Shown here: piece after piece, positions 28,209 through 40,426 of the stretch
Numbering within the stretch: the stretch's first letter is position 1
How the letters are laid out: every line of letters starts with the position of its first letter
Notes under the pieces: generated by a model
The model's database searches: none
Told to the model about the DNA's origin: nothing
The model's input: only the letters and a program-made list of their open reading frames with translations
Assembly (NCBI RefSeq): GCF_009914755.1
Contig: NC_060927.1
Direction: 5' to 3' (one strand)
From: the human T2T-CHM13v2.0 reference genome, Homo sapiens
DNA length: 64,000 bases
Position numbers and translations under genes: made by a program

Positions 28209-29131
28209 TGTGCAATAAATTATTTAACCTTGCCCAAAGGGAAGTCTGGACTTTGATCTTAGCTACTGGAGATTATCTCTAGGCCCTTGGAATGTCCTGC
28301 CTGTTAAGAGTGTCTTTGTTTACCTGGGGGCATTGACTATGCCAGAAAGTCTAACAATGTGATTTATGGTGAGGCTTTGAGTCATTTGGTATTAGCTTGA
28401 CCTATAAAGGGGCTGGAAATTGAGATTGGTTGCATAGGTAGTTGACAATGGAGCCCAAAAAAAAGACTCTGGACACCAGAGCTCAGGTGAGCTTCCCCAT
28501 CCAGCAATGCTCTCTGTGTATTGTCACATATGATTGCCAGGATTTACACTGTCCACAACACTGTGCCTCTCCCCTTGGCTGCTTTTAATCTCTATTCTTT
28601 AGCTATAATAAACTGTAACTGTAAGTATAAAAAGTTTCAGTGAGTTCCGTGGGTCCTTCTAGTGAATTAGTGATCCTAAGGGTAATCTTGAGGACTGGTG
28701 AATTCAACTGATGTCAGAGATGAGAGCAGTCTTGTGAACTGTTGTATTAGTCTATTCTCACACTGCTATGAAGAATTACCCGAGATTGGGTAATTTACAA
28801 AGGAAAGAGGTTTAATTGACCCACAGTTCCACATGGCTGGGGAGGCCTCAGGAAACTTACAATCATGGTAGAAGGCAAAGGAGAAGCACAGACCTTCTTC
28901 ACAGAGTGGCAGGACAGAGTGAGCACAAGCAGGGGAAATGCCACACGCTTATAAAACCATCAGATTTGAATCATGGGGTGGTTTCTCCCATGCTGTTCTT
29001 GTGATAATGAGATTCAAATACCTCCACCTGGTCCTGCCCTTTACAGGTGGGGTTTATGGGTATTACAATTCAAGGTGAGATTTGGGTGGGGACACAGAGC
29101 TAAATCACATTAACTGTGTTCTAAATTCATG
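28209..29131 (+). mobile_element. MER21C-like ERVL solo LTR, split by THE1
   Basis: ttaaccttgcccaaag...cccttggaatgtcctgcctg...aataaactgtaac; 5-bp TSD ctatc at 28204-28208 and 29132-29136. Confidence 0.8.
28743..29112 (-). mobile_element. THE1D-like MaLR solo LTR with internal micro-inversion
   Basis: tgtattagtc...gatttgggtggggacacag; 5-bp TSD actgt at 28738-28742 and 29113-29117. Confidence 0.92.
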
Positions 29132-29304
29132 CTATCTTGTAGGAGTTGTAGAAGATTAACTTAGATAATATATGTTGGGGCACTGATAATAGTGCCTGGC
29201 TCAGAGTAAATCTTAAATAATTCAACTATTGTGATTGTTATTGTTAGTTGTATCTTCTGAAGTAAGACCATGCTGAGATTGAGGGGCCTGAGAATTCATT
29301 CAGC

Positions 29305-29417
29305 TAGCATTGCCAAATTTCTCAGATAGAAATACAGAAAATATTTATACTATAAAAATTTTGTTCATCTGAAATTCAGATTTCACTGGGCTTCCTGTAT
29401 TTGATCTGGCAACCCTA
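29305..29417. mobile_element. MER53 hAT MITE, internally deleted
   Basis: tagcattgcca ... ctgaaattcagattt...cctgtatttgatctggcaacccta. Confidence 0.75.
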
Positions 29418-29959
29418 AACATTGCCTAACTACTTTGTAGGTGAAGAGGCTAGTATCTGCAGAGGTTAAACATGCCTGTATCCACAGTTAGAATGTGGTT
29501 GGCCTAGAATAAGAATGAAGATCTTTTGATTCTCAGGCACTTAGAAAAAAGAAACAAAACACTAAAGTATGCCACAGAGGAGAATTCCCTTGGGTGGAAG
29601 ACTAATAAGGGAATGTAAAATCTGGTGATATATAATGAAGGATTTTAACTTTGTACACCTACAGTCGCTCAATCAGGAAACCCTGGGAAGTCTGCTGAGT
29701 CTATCTAGGGAGTCATCACTTGACAGTGAAATTTAATTTTATATGCTAGGACAGGCCATTTGAAATCTATTCTGAGTAGAAATCTATTTCAGAAATCTAT
29801 TCTGAGTAGATTTTATTTCTACCCAATGTCTTGATACCATAAATATTTTTCTTGCCTGTTTAAAAGAAATTGGTATTTTCTAGGTACCTGTCATATATAG
29901 AGAGTATTGCTGGTGATATTTCCCTACACTTGTTTAGTCCTTTACAGTTATAAAACATC

Positions 29960-30130
29960 TGTACTTCTCTCTCCACTATAACTTAGAGGAGTAGATCAAG
30001 AAGATAGTAGAATCTCTATTTTACATATGAGGAAACTGGGGCTCAAAGAACTTTTGGCATGCCCACAATTGCTGTTATGCTGAGCAGAAAGTATTAGATC
30101 TTCCAACTCCCAGTCCAGAGATTTTTTTCA
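29960..30130 (-). mobile_element. MIR
   Basis: attttacatatgaggaaactggggctca. Confidence 0.65.
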
Positions 30131-32081
30131 CTATACAGCAATTCATGATTCCAGACATATATAGGCTAGATTAGAAATGAATTACAGAGCCACTTCTTTT
30201 AATTAGGGCTCATTTGTTTGGTAATTCCACTGTTAATGCTGAGTGATGTAATGGGAAGGAGTAAGATTTCTACACCAGACTGACAAGATCTACTCCCACC
30301 TTCACCATGTAGGGGCTGAGCTACTGGGCAATTTAACCTCCATGAGCCTCAATTATAATAGCATATGTCTGAGGTGGCTGCTGTGTGCATGAAAATAAAA
30401 CGATGACAGTAAACTGTCTCACATATGTAGAAGAAACTGTTCAGATGTTAATATCCTTTCCTTCGATATCACTTAAATAGTGTTTATTTAAGCAATAAAG
30501 TGAAGTATTCATCTTGATCACTACATTTTGATTTTGGAAGAGAAGATTGAGAATTTGTTCACCAATCAAATTTTTAGACAATATTTCTTCTAAATTGTTC
30601 CCACAGGTTGCTAGTTTTTAAATAGCATTTGGTTTTAAATTATACTTTTATAGTTTAAACATTCATGTTTAGCTTGAAGGTTCCATGTAAAGTTATTTTT
30701 CATGTGTGGCCTAAAGCTGACTGTTTTAAATGAAACTGTTTATTTTGCAGATAATTCAGTAACAATCCTGTTTGGACTTTCATACCCTGAATAGTATCAG
30801 GTTTTACAAACATATGAGTGAAACATGCTTATGTAAACAACAGAGGTGCTTTCATCCAAAACAAACATAGCCTTCCCAAGAATCATGAGGATCAACTGCA
30901 GACTTGTCTACACAACCTGCCTGACTAATGTCTGTAGCATATTTGGCCACAAAAATTGTTTGAATCATCAACATACGCATATATAAGCTGACTTCACAAT
31001 GTGCTACAATCTAATTGTTGTGTTTGGGAAGGAATTGCAGGACCACTCTGACCTCATTAAAAGCAAAGCCAGTTGATTTAGATTCATGATTTTGAAAGAC
31101 TTCAACTTGATTTTGGACATAAAAAACATTGAAGGATGAGAAAATGTTGATTTATCCTCTTAATTTTCTGTGATTTTATTAAATCCTTTGCCCTATCTCC
31201 CTGGAATATTTAAAAGGAGAAGCTTTTAGCTCTTTGCTGTTCTCTTAGAACATTGAGTGCAGATTGAATTCATTTGGGTAGTTTTTACTTCCCTGATACC
31301 CAGTCTTCACTTAGAACAAATAAATTACAACTTCTGGGAATGGGGCACGGGCCTCGGTATTGTTTTAAAGCTCTCCAAGTGCTTTCAATCAAGATTCAAC
31401 ATCTACCTCAGAATAAAAAAGACAAATCTTTTTGGTCAGAACAGTAGTTTCACCCAGCTGAATGTTATTGTCACCTGGGGGACTTTGAAGACACTGTCAG
31501 TGCTCAGAGCCCCCATCCTAAGGTCCTCTGATTTTGCTGGTCTGGAATTTTTCACTATTAGATAGCAGTTTCCCCTTAATTCATATCTACAGCTAAAACC
31601 ACAGCTTTGATCCCCCAGAGCAAATGCAGTAAACTCCTTTCTTGCCTCTGCAAATGTCTGGATGGTGCTCAGATATACAGTTCACGGGTTTCATTGTATT
31701 TTATTGGATATTATTACTTTCCACTTCCATACATGTGCTCACATGATTAAAACAAAAGAAAAAGATGAGTAAGTATTTCCAAAAAGACAAATTGTGCAGA
31801 TAAGAGGAAAAAATTTTTTAAAGGTCAGAAATGTTAAACCAACACCAACAAAAACTCAACAGTTCACTTGATTTTGAGTGTTTACAGTCAGAAACTATGC
31901 CACATTTCTTGTGCATTCTCTTGTTTAAACGTCACAATTTTGTGAGGTAAAGATGATTGTCAACCTCAGTTTTTAGATGTGAACACTAAAGTTATACTGA
32001 GATTTATTTATTTCCAAGGTCACATACCTATTAAGTGGCAAGGTGTCCAGTCTGAGATTTTACCCTACTCATAAGCTAACA

Positions 32082-32879
32082 TGTTAGCTTCTCCCAGTTT
32101 TATGAATGCTGGCAAAATATATGAGACTCCTGGTCCCAAAGGTGTCAAAAGACAACAGGCAGCACGAGTTTCATGTTCCTATTGTTACTCCTGCCCCCAA
32201 AGTGTCAAAGAGGTAAATTAGAGGTAGATCCAGATGGATGCTGTGCATGCAATGGGGTTTGCATCATAGCTGAGCAACCCCAAGCTTAGGAAATTGCTAA
32301 GCTATAGTATGAATGTGTCCGCTCCAAACTTCAGGTGTTGTCACTATGATAGTATTGAAAATGGAAGTCTTTAAGAAGTGATTAGGCCATGTGTACTCCT
32401 TCCTCACGAATGGGATCAGGTACCCTTATAAAGGGGCTTGATGAAGAGCAATTGCTTCCTTTTGTCCTCTACCTCTCACTGTGGAGGATGCAGCAAGAAG
32501 ATCCTCAGGTTCTGGTGCTTTGATCTTGGACTTTGCAGTCTCCAGAACTTTGAGAAATACATTTCCGTTCTTTACAAATGATCCAGTCTATGGTATTCTC
32601 TTATAGTAGCACAAATGGACTAAGAGAAACCCCAAGCTTAGGAAATTTCAAACTTTTAATGAGCTATGTACAAACTTATTCAACATTTGTCTTGGATGGA
32701 GGCATCATCTTAATTATACTAGACAGCAAATCAACATGCTCTCTTGGAATATCTCTGTTGTCCAGGATTATTCACTATAGAAATATCTTTGGCAGGATAT
32801 TCCAAAATAAAGGCTATATGTGCTTCTGCTGGCAGGTTGTGCAGAAATATGAGCTATCCATGGAAAAAGTTTTCCAACA
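32082..32879 (-). mobile_element. ERVL solo LTR (MER76/LTR47-like), split by a MaLR LTR
   Basis: Minus start tgttggaaaac...ccatgga...tttctgcac...gcagaagcac; TG...CA ends; family assignment tentative. Confidence 0.55.
32295..32627 (+). mobile_element. MaLR solo LTR (MSTC/MSTD-like)
   Basis: gctatagtatgaatgtgtcc...tgatcttggactt...ggactaagaga. Confidence 0.85.
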
Positions 32880-33002
32880 TGGAGTCATAATTTGAGCTCA
32901 GATGGTTTGACTTTAGTCTCTGTGCTTTTAACCTCAGTACAGCCTCTCCTTGATAAACTAAAATGAGCACTCAGCAAAGACTGGAGGATGCGGCTCAAGG
33001 GG

Positions 33003-33377
33003 TGTATTTGCTCATTTTTACCCTACTATAAAGAACTACCTGAAACTGGGTAATTTATGAAGAAGAATGTTTAATTGACTCACAGTTCTGCATGGCTGGG
33101 GAGGCCTCAGGAAATTTACAACCATGGCAGAAGGCAAAGGGGAAGCAAGAAACTTCTTCACATGGCAGGAGGTGAGAGAGGAGAGAGAGGAAAGAGATAG
33201 GGGAAGTGCCACACTTCAAAACCATCAACTCTCATGAGAACTCACTCACTATCATGAGAACAGCAAGAGAAAAACCACCCCCATGATCCAGTCACCTCCC
33301 ACCAGGTCCCTCCCTAAACATGTGGGATTGCATTTTGAGATGAGATTTGGATGGGGACACAAAGCCAAACCATATCA
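33003..33377 (-). mobile_element. THE1D/MSTA-like MaLR solo LTR
   Basis: tgtatt...ccaaaccatatca; 5-bp TSD agggg at 32998-33002 and 33378-33382. Confidence 0.92.
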
Positions 33378-34814
33378 AGGGGATTGAGTGGGAAACTGAA
33401 ATAAGTGTTAAAGTTAAGAGATAAATTAAGTAGTTACATGCCGTTTCCATTTTTCCTGTAATGATCACTGATATTTGATATGAATTACCTTTACCAGTAG
33501 ATAGCCTCCATCTTATTTCTATTTAGCTTGAGTTTCTGGGGATAACTGAGATTCTTTACTCTCTATACTACTGCTGGCACCTCCAGAAGTCAATGAAGGT
33601 GTAGAAATAGAATATTTTTCATGTTAGAACATCATGCCAGGGGATGAGGTCTTGGAGCTTTCTCCAGGATAGAATGACTTTCTTCATAGCACCAACATTG
33701 TAAATAAGACATTATTATCAATACAGTATTAAACGATCACCAGATTGTGGGTCCACAATTATATTGTTTCTATGTGAAATATCATTTTAGGCAAGCAGCC
33801 TATGAATGAACTTTGGAATGCAATTCACTATAAATATAAATGATATTTTAGTAATATCAGTTATTATATATATATATATTTTTTAAAGGCAAATTTTACA
33901 GCCTAATTTGTTATTTAATGTAACATTATCAGGTGCAATATATTATCTAATAAATTATTCCATGAAAAAATTCAGCAAATCGCTGAGAGAAAACATCTTC
34001 GATACAACAAGGTTGAGTGTATTCTAATATCATGTGGATAAATTACTCAAATATATAATCTACGAGTAGGATAATAGAATATAAACTGAAATGGTGCATA
34101 CATTAACATGACATGAATTATATTGTTTTTAGATATAGAGTGTCTGTTTCTTAATTTATAGATGGATACAGAGGTTCAGTGAGTGCTTTCCTGGCTTCCT
34201 ACTATTATGAAAACAGCCAATAATTATCTTAATACTTCCTGAAATGATCTACAAGTAACTCAAATTGATGACAACTTGATTGGTGCCAAACGACTTGGCA
34301 AAGAGTCAGAGACTTCTTTGAACACGGCCATTTGTGCTGACCTGCTCTGTAACTCAATATAATGTGATCTGACTGATGCTGCATAATGTTAGGCATCTAG
34401 TACAAAATTGGGAAGCATTGCTCTCTCATTCTCATCAACATGAGAAAAAAATATGGCTCTGAACTATTTGTGTTGTAAGGGCTTAATTTTCTTCTAGCTA
34501 TTTGCTGGTTTAACATGAGACCATTGAGCCTGGGACAACTGGCCTATGTAAATGAGCTAGATATGCCCAGAGGGACTGTTGATGCTTCGCCAACCAGAGG
34601 TAATGAACTGGCCGATAAGTGACAGAGAGTTGAAAACAGAGACAAGATTTTTTCGCAGTGTAATTTTCCTGTGAAGTGATAGCTTAGCAAAATCTACTCC
34701 TGTATTCTAAATATCACTGTTTTTTAAGGCTCTTTAGTCTCAACTCTTTCCATTCCTACCTGTTACTGAGGATGAAAATATAATCCACTTATTTACTTAA
34801 AATTATCCTTATGA

Positions 34815-35082
34815 GGCTGGGCATGGTGTCTCACACCTGTAACCCAAGCACTTTGGGATGCTGAGGCAGGAGGATTGCTTGAGGCCAGAAGTTCAAGACC
34901 AGCCTGTGCAACTGAACATTTTTAAAAATTAGCTTGGCATGGTGGGACACCTATAGTCCTAGCTACTCAGGAGGCTATGGCAGGAGAATAGCTTGAACCT
35001 AACCATTCACAGTTGCAGTGCACTAGAATCACACCACAGCACTTTAGCCTGGGCAACAGAGTGAGGGGTCTCTAAAAAAAAA
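34815..35082 (+). mobile_element. AluJ, internally deleted
   Basis: Diverged dimer lacking part of the left-arm end; flanks atccttatga / atcccaatga. Confidence 0.88.
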
Positions 35083-35351
35083 TCCCAATGACATTTATGG
35101 AAATAGATTATTTCCTTAAATATGCCAATCTAATAATCTTTGCCAAGGAGTAAACCGACATGGTGGTGGGATTTGGGACAGCATGGCATGACTTCTAGTT
35201 GTTATCATGGTGACATTTTTGTGAACTTTCCATTTCAATATGTATTACATGGATCAATTTTTTTCTATTTTGTTACAGTCTTCTTTTCATTACCACATGA
35301 TGAACTTATTTTTCTGAAAAATATTTTGTTTTTAGCTGCTTAAAAAGATCA

Positions 35352-35714
<363 letters not shown>

Positions 35715-36565
35715 CTATTCATTAATATCACTTAATTATTAAACAAATATTAAACGTGAATCCACAATGAACCAAGTAGAAGGCTATATGTTGCAGACAA
35801 AGAGATTAATTATTAATAGTCTCAACAATAAGGAGTTTATAGCCTTGCCTATCAGAAGAAGCTTCGGTTCTTCTTGCTATGTAAATCACTTGGAATTCTA
35901 ACTAGCTGGTGTAGGTATGAGTTTTCTAAAATTGGGGATACAACTAGATGAAATGTGTTAGATTAAATATGTTCATTTATTTCTGGTCTTTCCTGAAACC
36001 CTACTAAAATTACACCAAAGGAATTTTAGAAAGTTAGAAACCCACAGAAAAGAAAGAAAAATGAGAAGATTACAGCAGACTAAAAATATAAACCAATTTT
36101 TTTAAGTGCCGGAAAGGTAGTGGATAAGTCATAATTGACTTATCAGATTATGTAACTCTTACATCTAAGCCTGCTGATATGAGAGCAAAGAACCAAGCCA
36201 GTTTGTCCTATAGATACCTAAAAAGGCTGAGGAGTTGGTGATACCAGGTACCTCAGGATGAAGAACATAGGCTTGGACAGAAAGCAGGAAGATCAGCTAA
36301 AAGTCTTGAAAGTATCAGAACACCAGATCCCCCTCCCTGACTCCAAGTGATTTTCTTTCTCTAACCCATTAAGAAGACCGAAGTAAAGTTTTCTCTCTGC
36401 AGGTGCTGAATCAGACAAGTTCTGATCTTGAGAATACTGAACACACCTCTGATTTGGGGGGGTGGCTGTGATGAGCTATATTGAAACCACAGAATTTAAG
36501 TGAAAGGTACATACTATATTGTGAGATCCTTATACCATCTTTTCCCTGTTTGGTTCCTAGAATGA

Positions 36566-36987
<422 letters not shown>

Positions 36988-37772
36988 CCTAGGTTTTAAT
37001 TTGATCATGTTATAGTAAAGCTCACCAGTTGTCAAACTCAACCATGTACTGTATATAGAGCTTCTAGTCATCACTTCAGTGCCTTGTTCTCAAAAGTTAA
37101 AGAATAGTTAAAAATCACATTTCAGAGAAACTTCCATAAGAAAGAAAGGCAGAAAAGTGGAAGAGAGGGAAAAGAGGGAGGAAGAGAGAGCAGGATAAAA
37201 AAGTCAGATGAAACAGGCAATTAGCTAGCAGGCAAAACCACATACACAGACACATAGACACCTGCACACACAGACATCCCTCCCACACATATGGTAATTA
37301 AAGTTCTCATAGAGATTGAATACATAAAATAAAAATGAGGGAACATAAAATAAAGAGCAGTCAGATAACAAGAGCTCTTAGACATTAAAAAAGAAAATGG
37401 TAACATAAATTAAAATAGAAGGCTGGAAGATAAATTGTAAAAGACCTTCCAAAAAGTAGAAGTTAAAAAATCATAAACTCAGAAGGCCCAACTTTCAACT
37501 GGAAATCTCCTTCTGGAATATTAGTTCCAGAAGGAGAGAACAGAGAAAGGAAAGGAGAAGAAATTATCAAATTATAAGAACATTTCCCAGTTTGAAGAGC
37601 CCACCAATATTCTGTCAAGAAACATTAAGTTCCTACTAATGTATGTCATCTGGATATTTCAGAATGTCATGGTCAAAGTGAATAACATTAAAAAAGATTC
37701 TAAAATGAAAAAAAGGTCACATATAAATGGATTATAAATCATAATGTCATTACAGTAATGTGAGAACCTAGA

Positions 37773-37965
37773 GCAGGGATTGGGAAGCTGTATTTGCCAA
37801 TAAAGTTTTACTGGAGGACAGCCATGCTTATTTGTTTACAAGTTGTCTATGGTTGCTTTGGAGCCAAAACAGCAGAATTGAGTCGTTTCAACAATGAGCA
37901 GATGGCCCACAAATCCTAAAAGTTTGATATCTTCCTCTTTATAGAAAAAAATTGCCATTTCCTAA
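37773..37965 (+). mobile_element. MER58A hAT MITE
   Basis: aataaagttttactggaggacagccatgc...ggcccacaaatcctaaa...tttatagaaaaa. Confidence 0.8.
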
Positions 37966-38657
37966 ATAAGAAGATAACTGAGTGATGCTTTCAAAATTAT
38001 GAGAAAATACGGTTTACAACTGATAATTTGTTACCACCCACACTAAAAATTAATTATGAATGTAAAATAATGGCCTTTTCAGACATGTAAAATTTTGAAC
38101 ACTTACCTCTTGAACATTGTTTCTCATAAAGCTACTAAAAGAGATGGAGAGGATTTGCAGGGAAATTGATTAAAACAAATTTCAAGATGAAATCTGTAGA
38201 GCAAACAATATAATTTGAGACTAGCAGATGGAAGGTTTAGTAGGGATATTCTGATGGATAAATAATATTGCTAGAATAGTTGAAAAATACATTTAGAGTT
38301 GAAGCCCTTGAGATGACTTAGTGGTAGGTACACACACATTTTAAATCAAATACAAAATAGAAGGCAAGTATACCATCAGAGAAGCAAAGGTTTATATAAG
38401 AGAGAAAATATGAGAGCATACTTAGTGGTTTAACTGGAAACAATATTACCTGGCCTCCCAAAAGATGGTATAACCATATTTGGAAGATGGGGATGAGGAA
38501 GTATGTACAGCTATGTGTGTGTTTGTGTATGGGGAACAGCACATACAGAAGCTAATCTTCCTCTTCTGTGTGAGAATTAGTTACTAGCAATTTAATTATG
38601 TTATTATGACATATAGATGTAAACACCCTAAGAAAAAACTAAAAGAGATGACGGTGT

Positions 38658-39053
38658 TGATATAGTTTGGATATTTGTTTATTCCATATCTCATGTTGAA
38701 TCCCCAGTGTTGGAGGTGGGCTTAGTGGGAGGTATTTGTGTCATGGGAGCAGATCCCTCATGAATGGCTTAGTGCCTTCCCCATGGTAATGACTTGACAT
38801 GACAGCTGATTATTAAAAGGAGCCTGGCACCTCCTCCTCTCTTCTCTTGCTCCTTTTCTCTCCACGTGGCATGCTGGCTCCCTTTGCCTTCCACCATCAG
38901 TAAAAGTTTCCTGAGGCCTCACTAGAAGCTGAGCAGATGCCAGCACCAAGTTTTCTGTGCAGCCTGCAGAACTGCCAGCCAAGTAAATATCTTTTCTTTA
39001 TAAATCACCCAGCCTCAGGTATTCCTTCATAGCGATGCAAAATGGACTAACAC
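38658..39053 (+). mobile_element. MSTB-like MaLR solo LTR
   Basis: tgatatagtttggatatttg...cagcctgcagaact...aatggactaaca. Confidence 0.9.
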
Positions 39054-39077
39054 TAATAAGAAGCAGTGATTGCTTCT

Positions 39078-39391
<314 letters not shown>

Positions 39392-40381
39392 CAGTGGTTG
39401 CTTCTTAGAAGTGAGAATCAGTTGTTGGCAGAATTGGGAGAGGGAAGAAATAAGGGAGAAGACAACTTTTTTTTCATTATAAATCTGGTATATTCTTTGT
39501 TTCTTAACCTGAGAACTTCTATGACTCTCATTAAAGTGTAAATTAAATCTTAATTTAAAAAGGGAGATCTAAAGGTTGGCCATTTACTAATTTGAGCCTA
39601 TCTGAAAATTTTAAATTGTCAGCGTTCATGTACAAAATCAGATGTTCATGCATGCTAAAATTTTTTCAGGGTTAAGTGCTACCATTTTGCAGGTTTAAAA
39701 TTTCTCCATTTTTATTACCCACAGCTATTTCAGAATGAAGGAATAAATCTAAATCACTGAGAATTTGAAAATGGTTCACCTTTCTAGAAACGGGTCAAAT
39801 CTTAAAAGGAAAAGGAGTGAAAATATAATTTCTTTTTAGCAGTTCCAGCAATATATAATAAAGACAGTCATTGCAAGATTTTTAGAATGTAAAACTAACT
39901 TTAAGGTAGATGGTTTAATGCCAGAAGAAAGTTAATATTACATAATTATAAAAGATGAGGATAAATATAAAAATGACAGATACAAAAATCTGTTCATTAG
40001 ACTGAAAGATTATATGTGTGATTTGGAAATTTCAACTACGTTCTTACAGAAAGGACTGAATGCACAGTAGCCATAATAACTGCTGCATCTTTTATGCAGG
40101 ATTAATAATACACTCTCATTGGTAATCATGATTTATAATGCAGTGCATATTTTATAAAGGTTCAATCACTTATCTTCCCAAAGAAACTTTTTCTCTCAAG
40201 TGCACTGTTGGAACTAGAAACTAAAAGTTCACTAATGCTCTTACTAAAATTCACAGAAACATGGTAGTGCTCTTAGAACAACTAGAAACATAATTTACTT
40301 GAATGTCAAAGAAGAATAGAAATTTATGCATAAATTTCTGGAAATATAAGAAAACTATGAGAACTGTGAAATTTTCAAGAC

Positions 40382-40426
40382 ATTTTTTTGTTGAGACGAG
40401 GTCTCACTCTGTCACCCATGCTGGAA
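40382..40426 (-). mobile_element. Ultra-truncated Alu 3' end (about 45 bp)
   Basis: T-tail then gagacgaggtctcactctgtcacccatgctgga; flanking ttcaagac at 40374-40381 and 40427-40434. Confidence 0.75.

Larger units (their letters stand above)
28062..29240 (+). mobile_element. MIR split by nested LTRs (28062-28208 and 29132-29240)
   Basis: 5' half tagtgattaaaagcacaggctctg...aaaatgaga; 3' half gttgtagaagattaac...agtgcctggc. Confidence 0.75.

Noticed and set aside
28828-28848. PRDM9 hotspot motif in THE1 (also at about 33090)
   Set aside because: Minus strand reads cctccccagccat, not the CCTCCCTNNCCAC allele associated with THE1 hotspots
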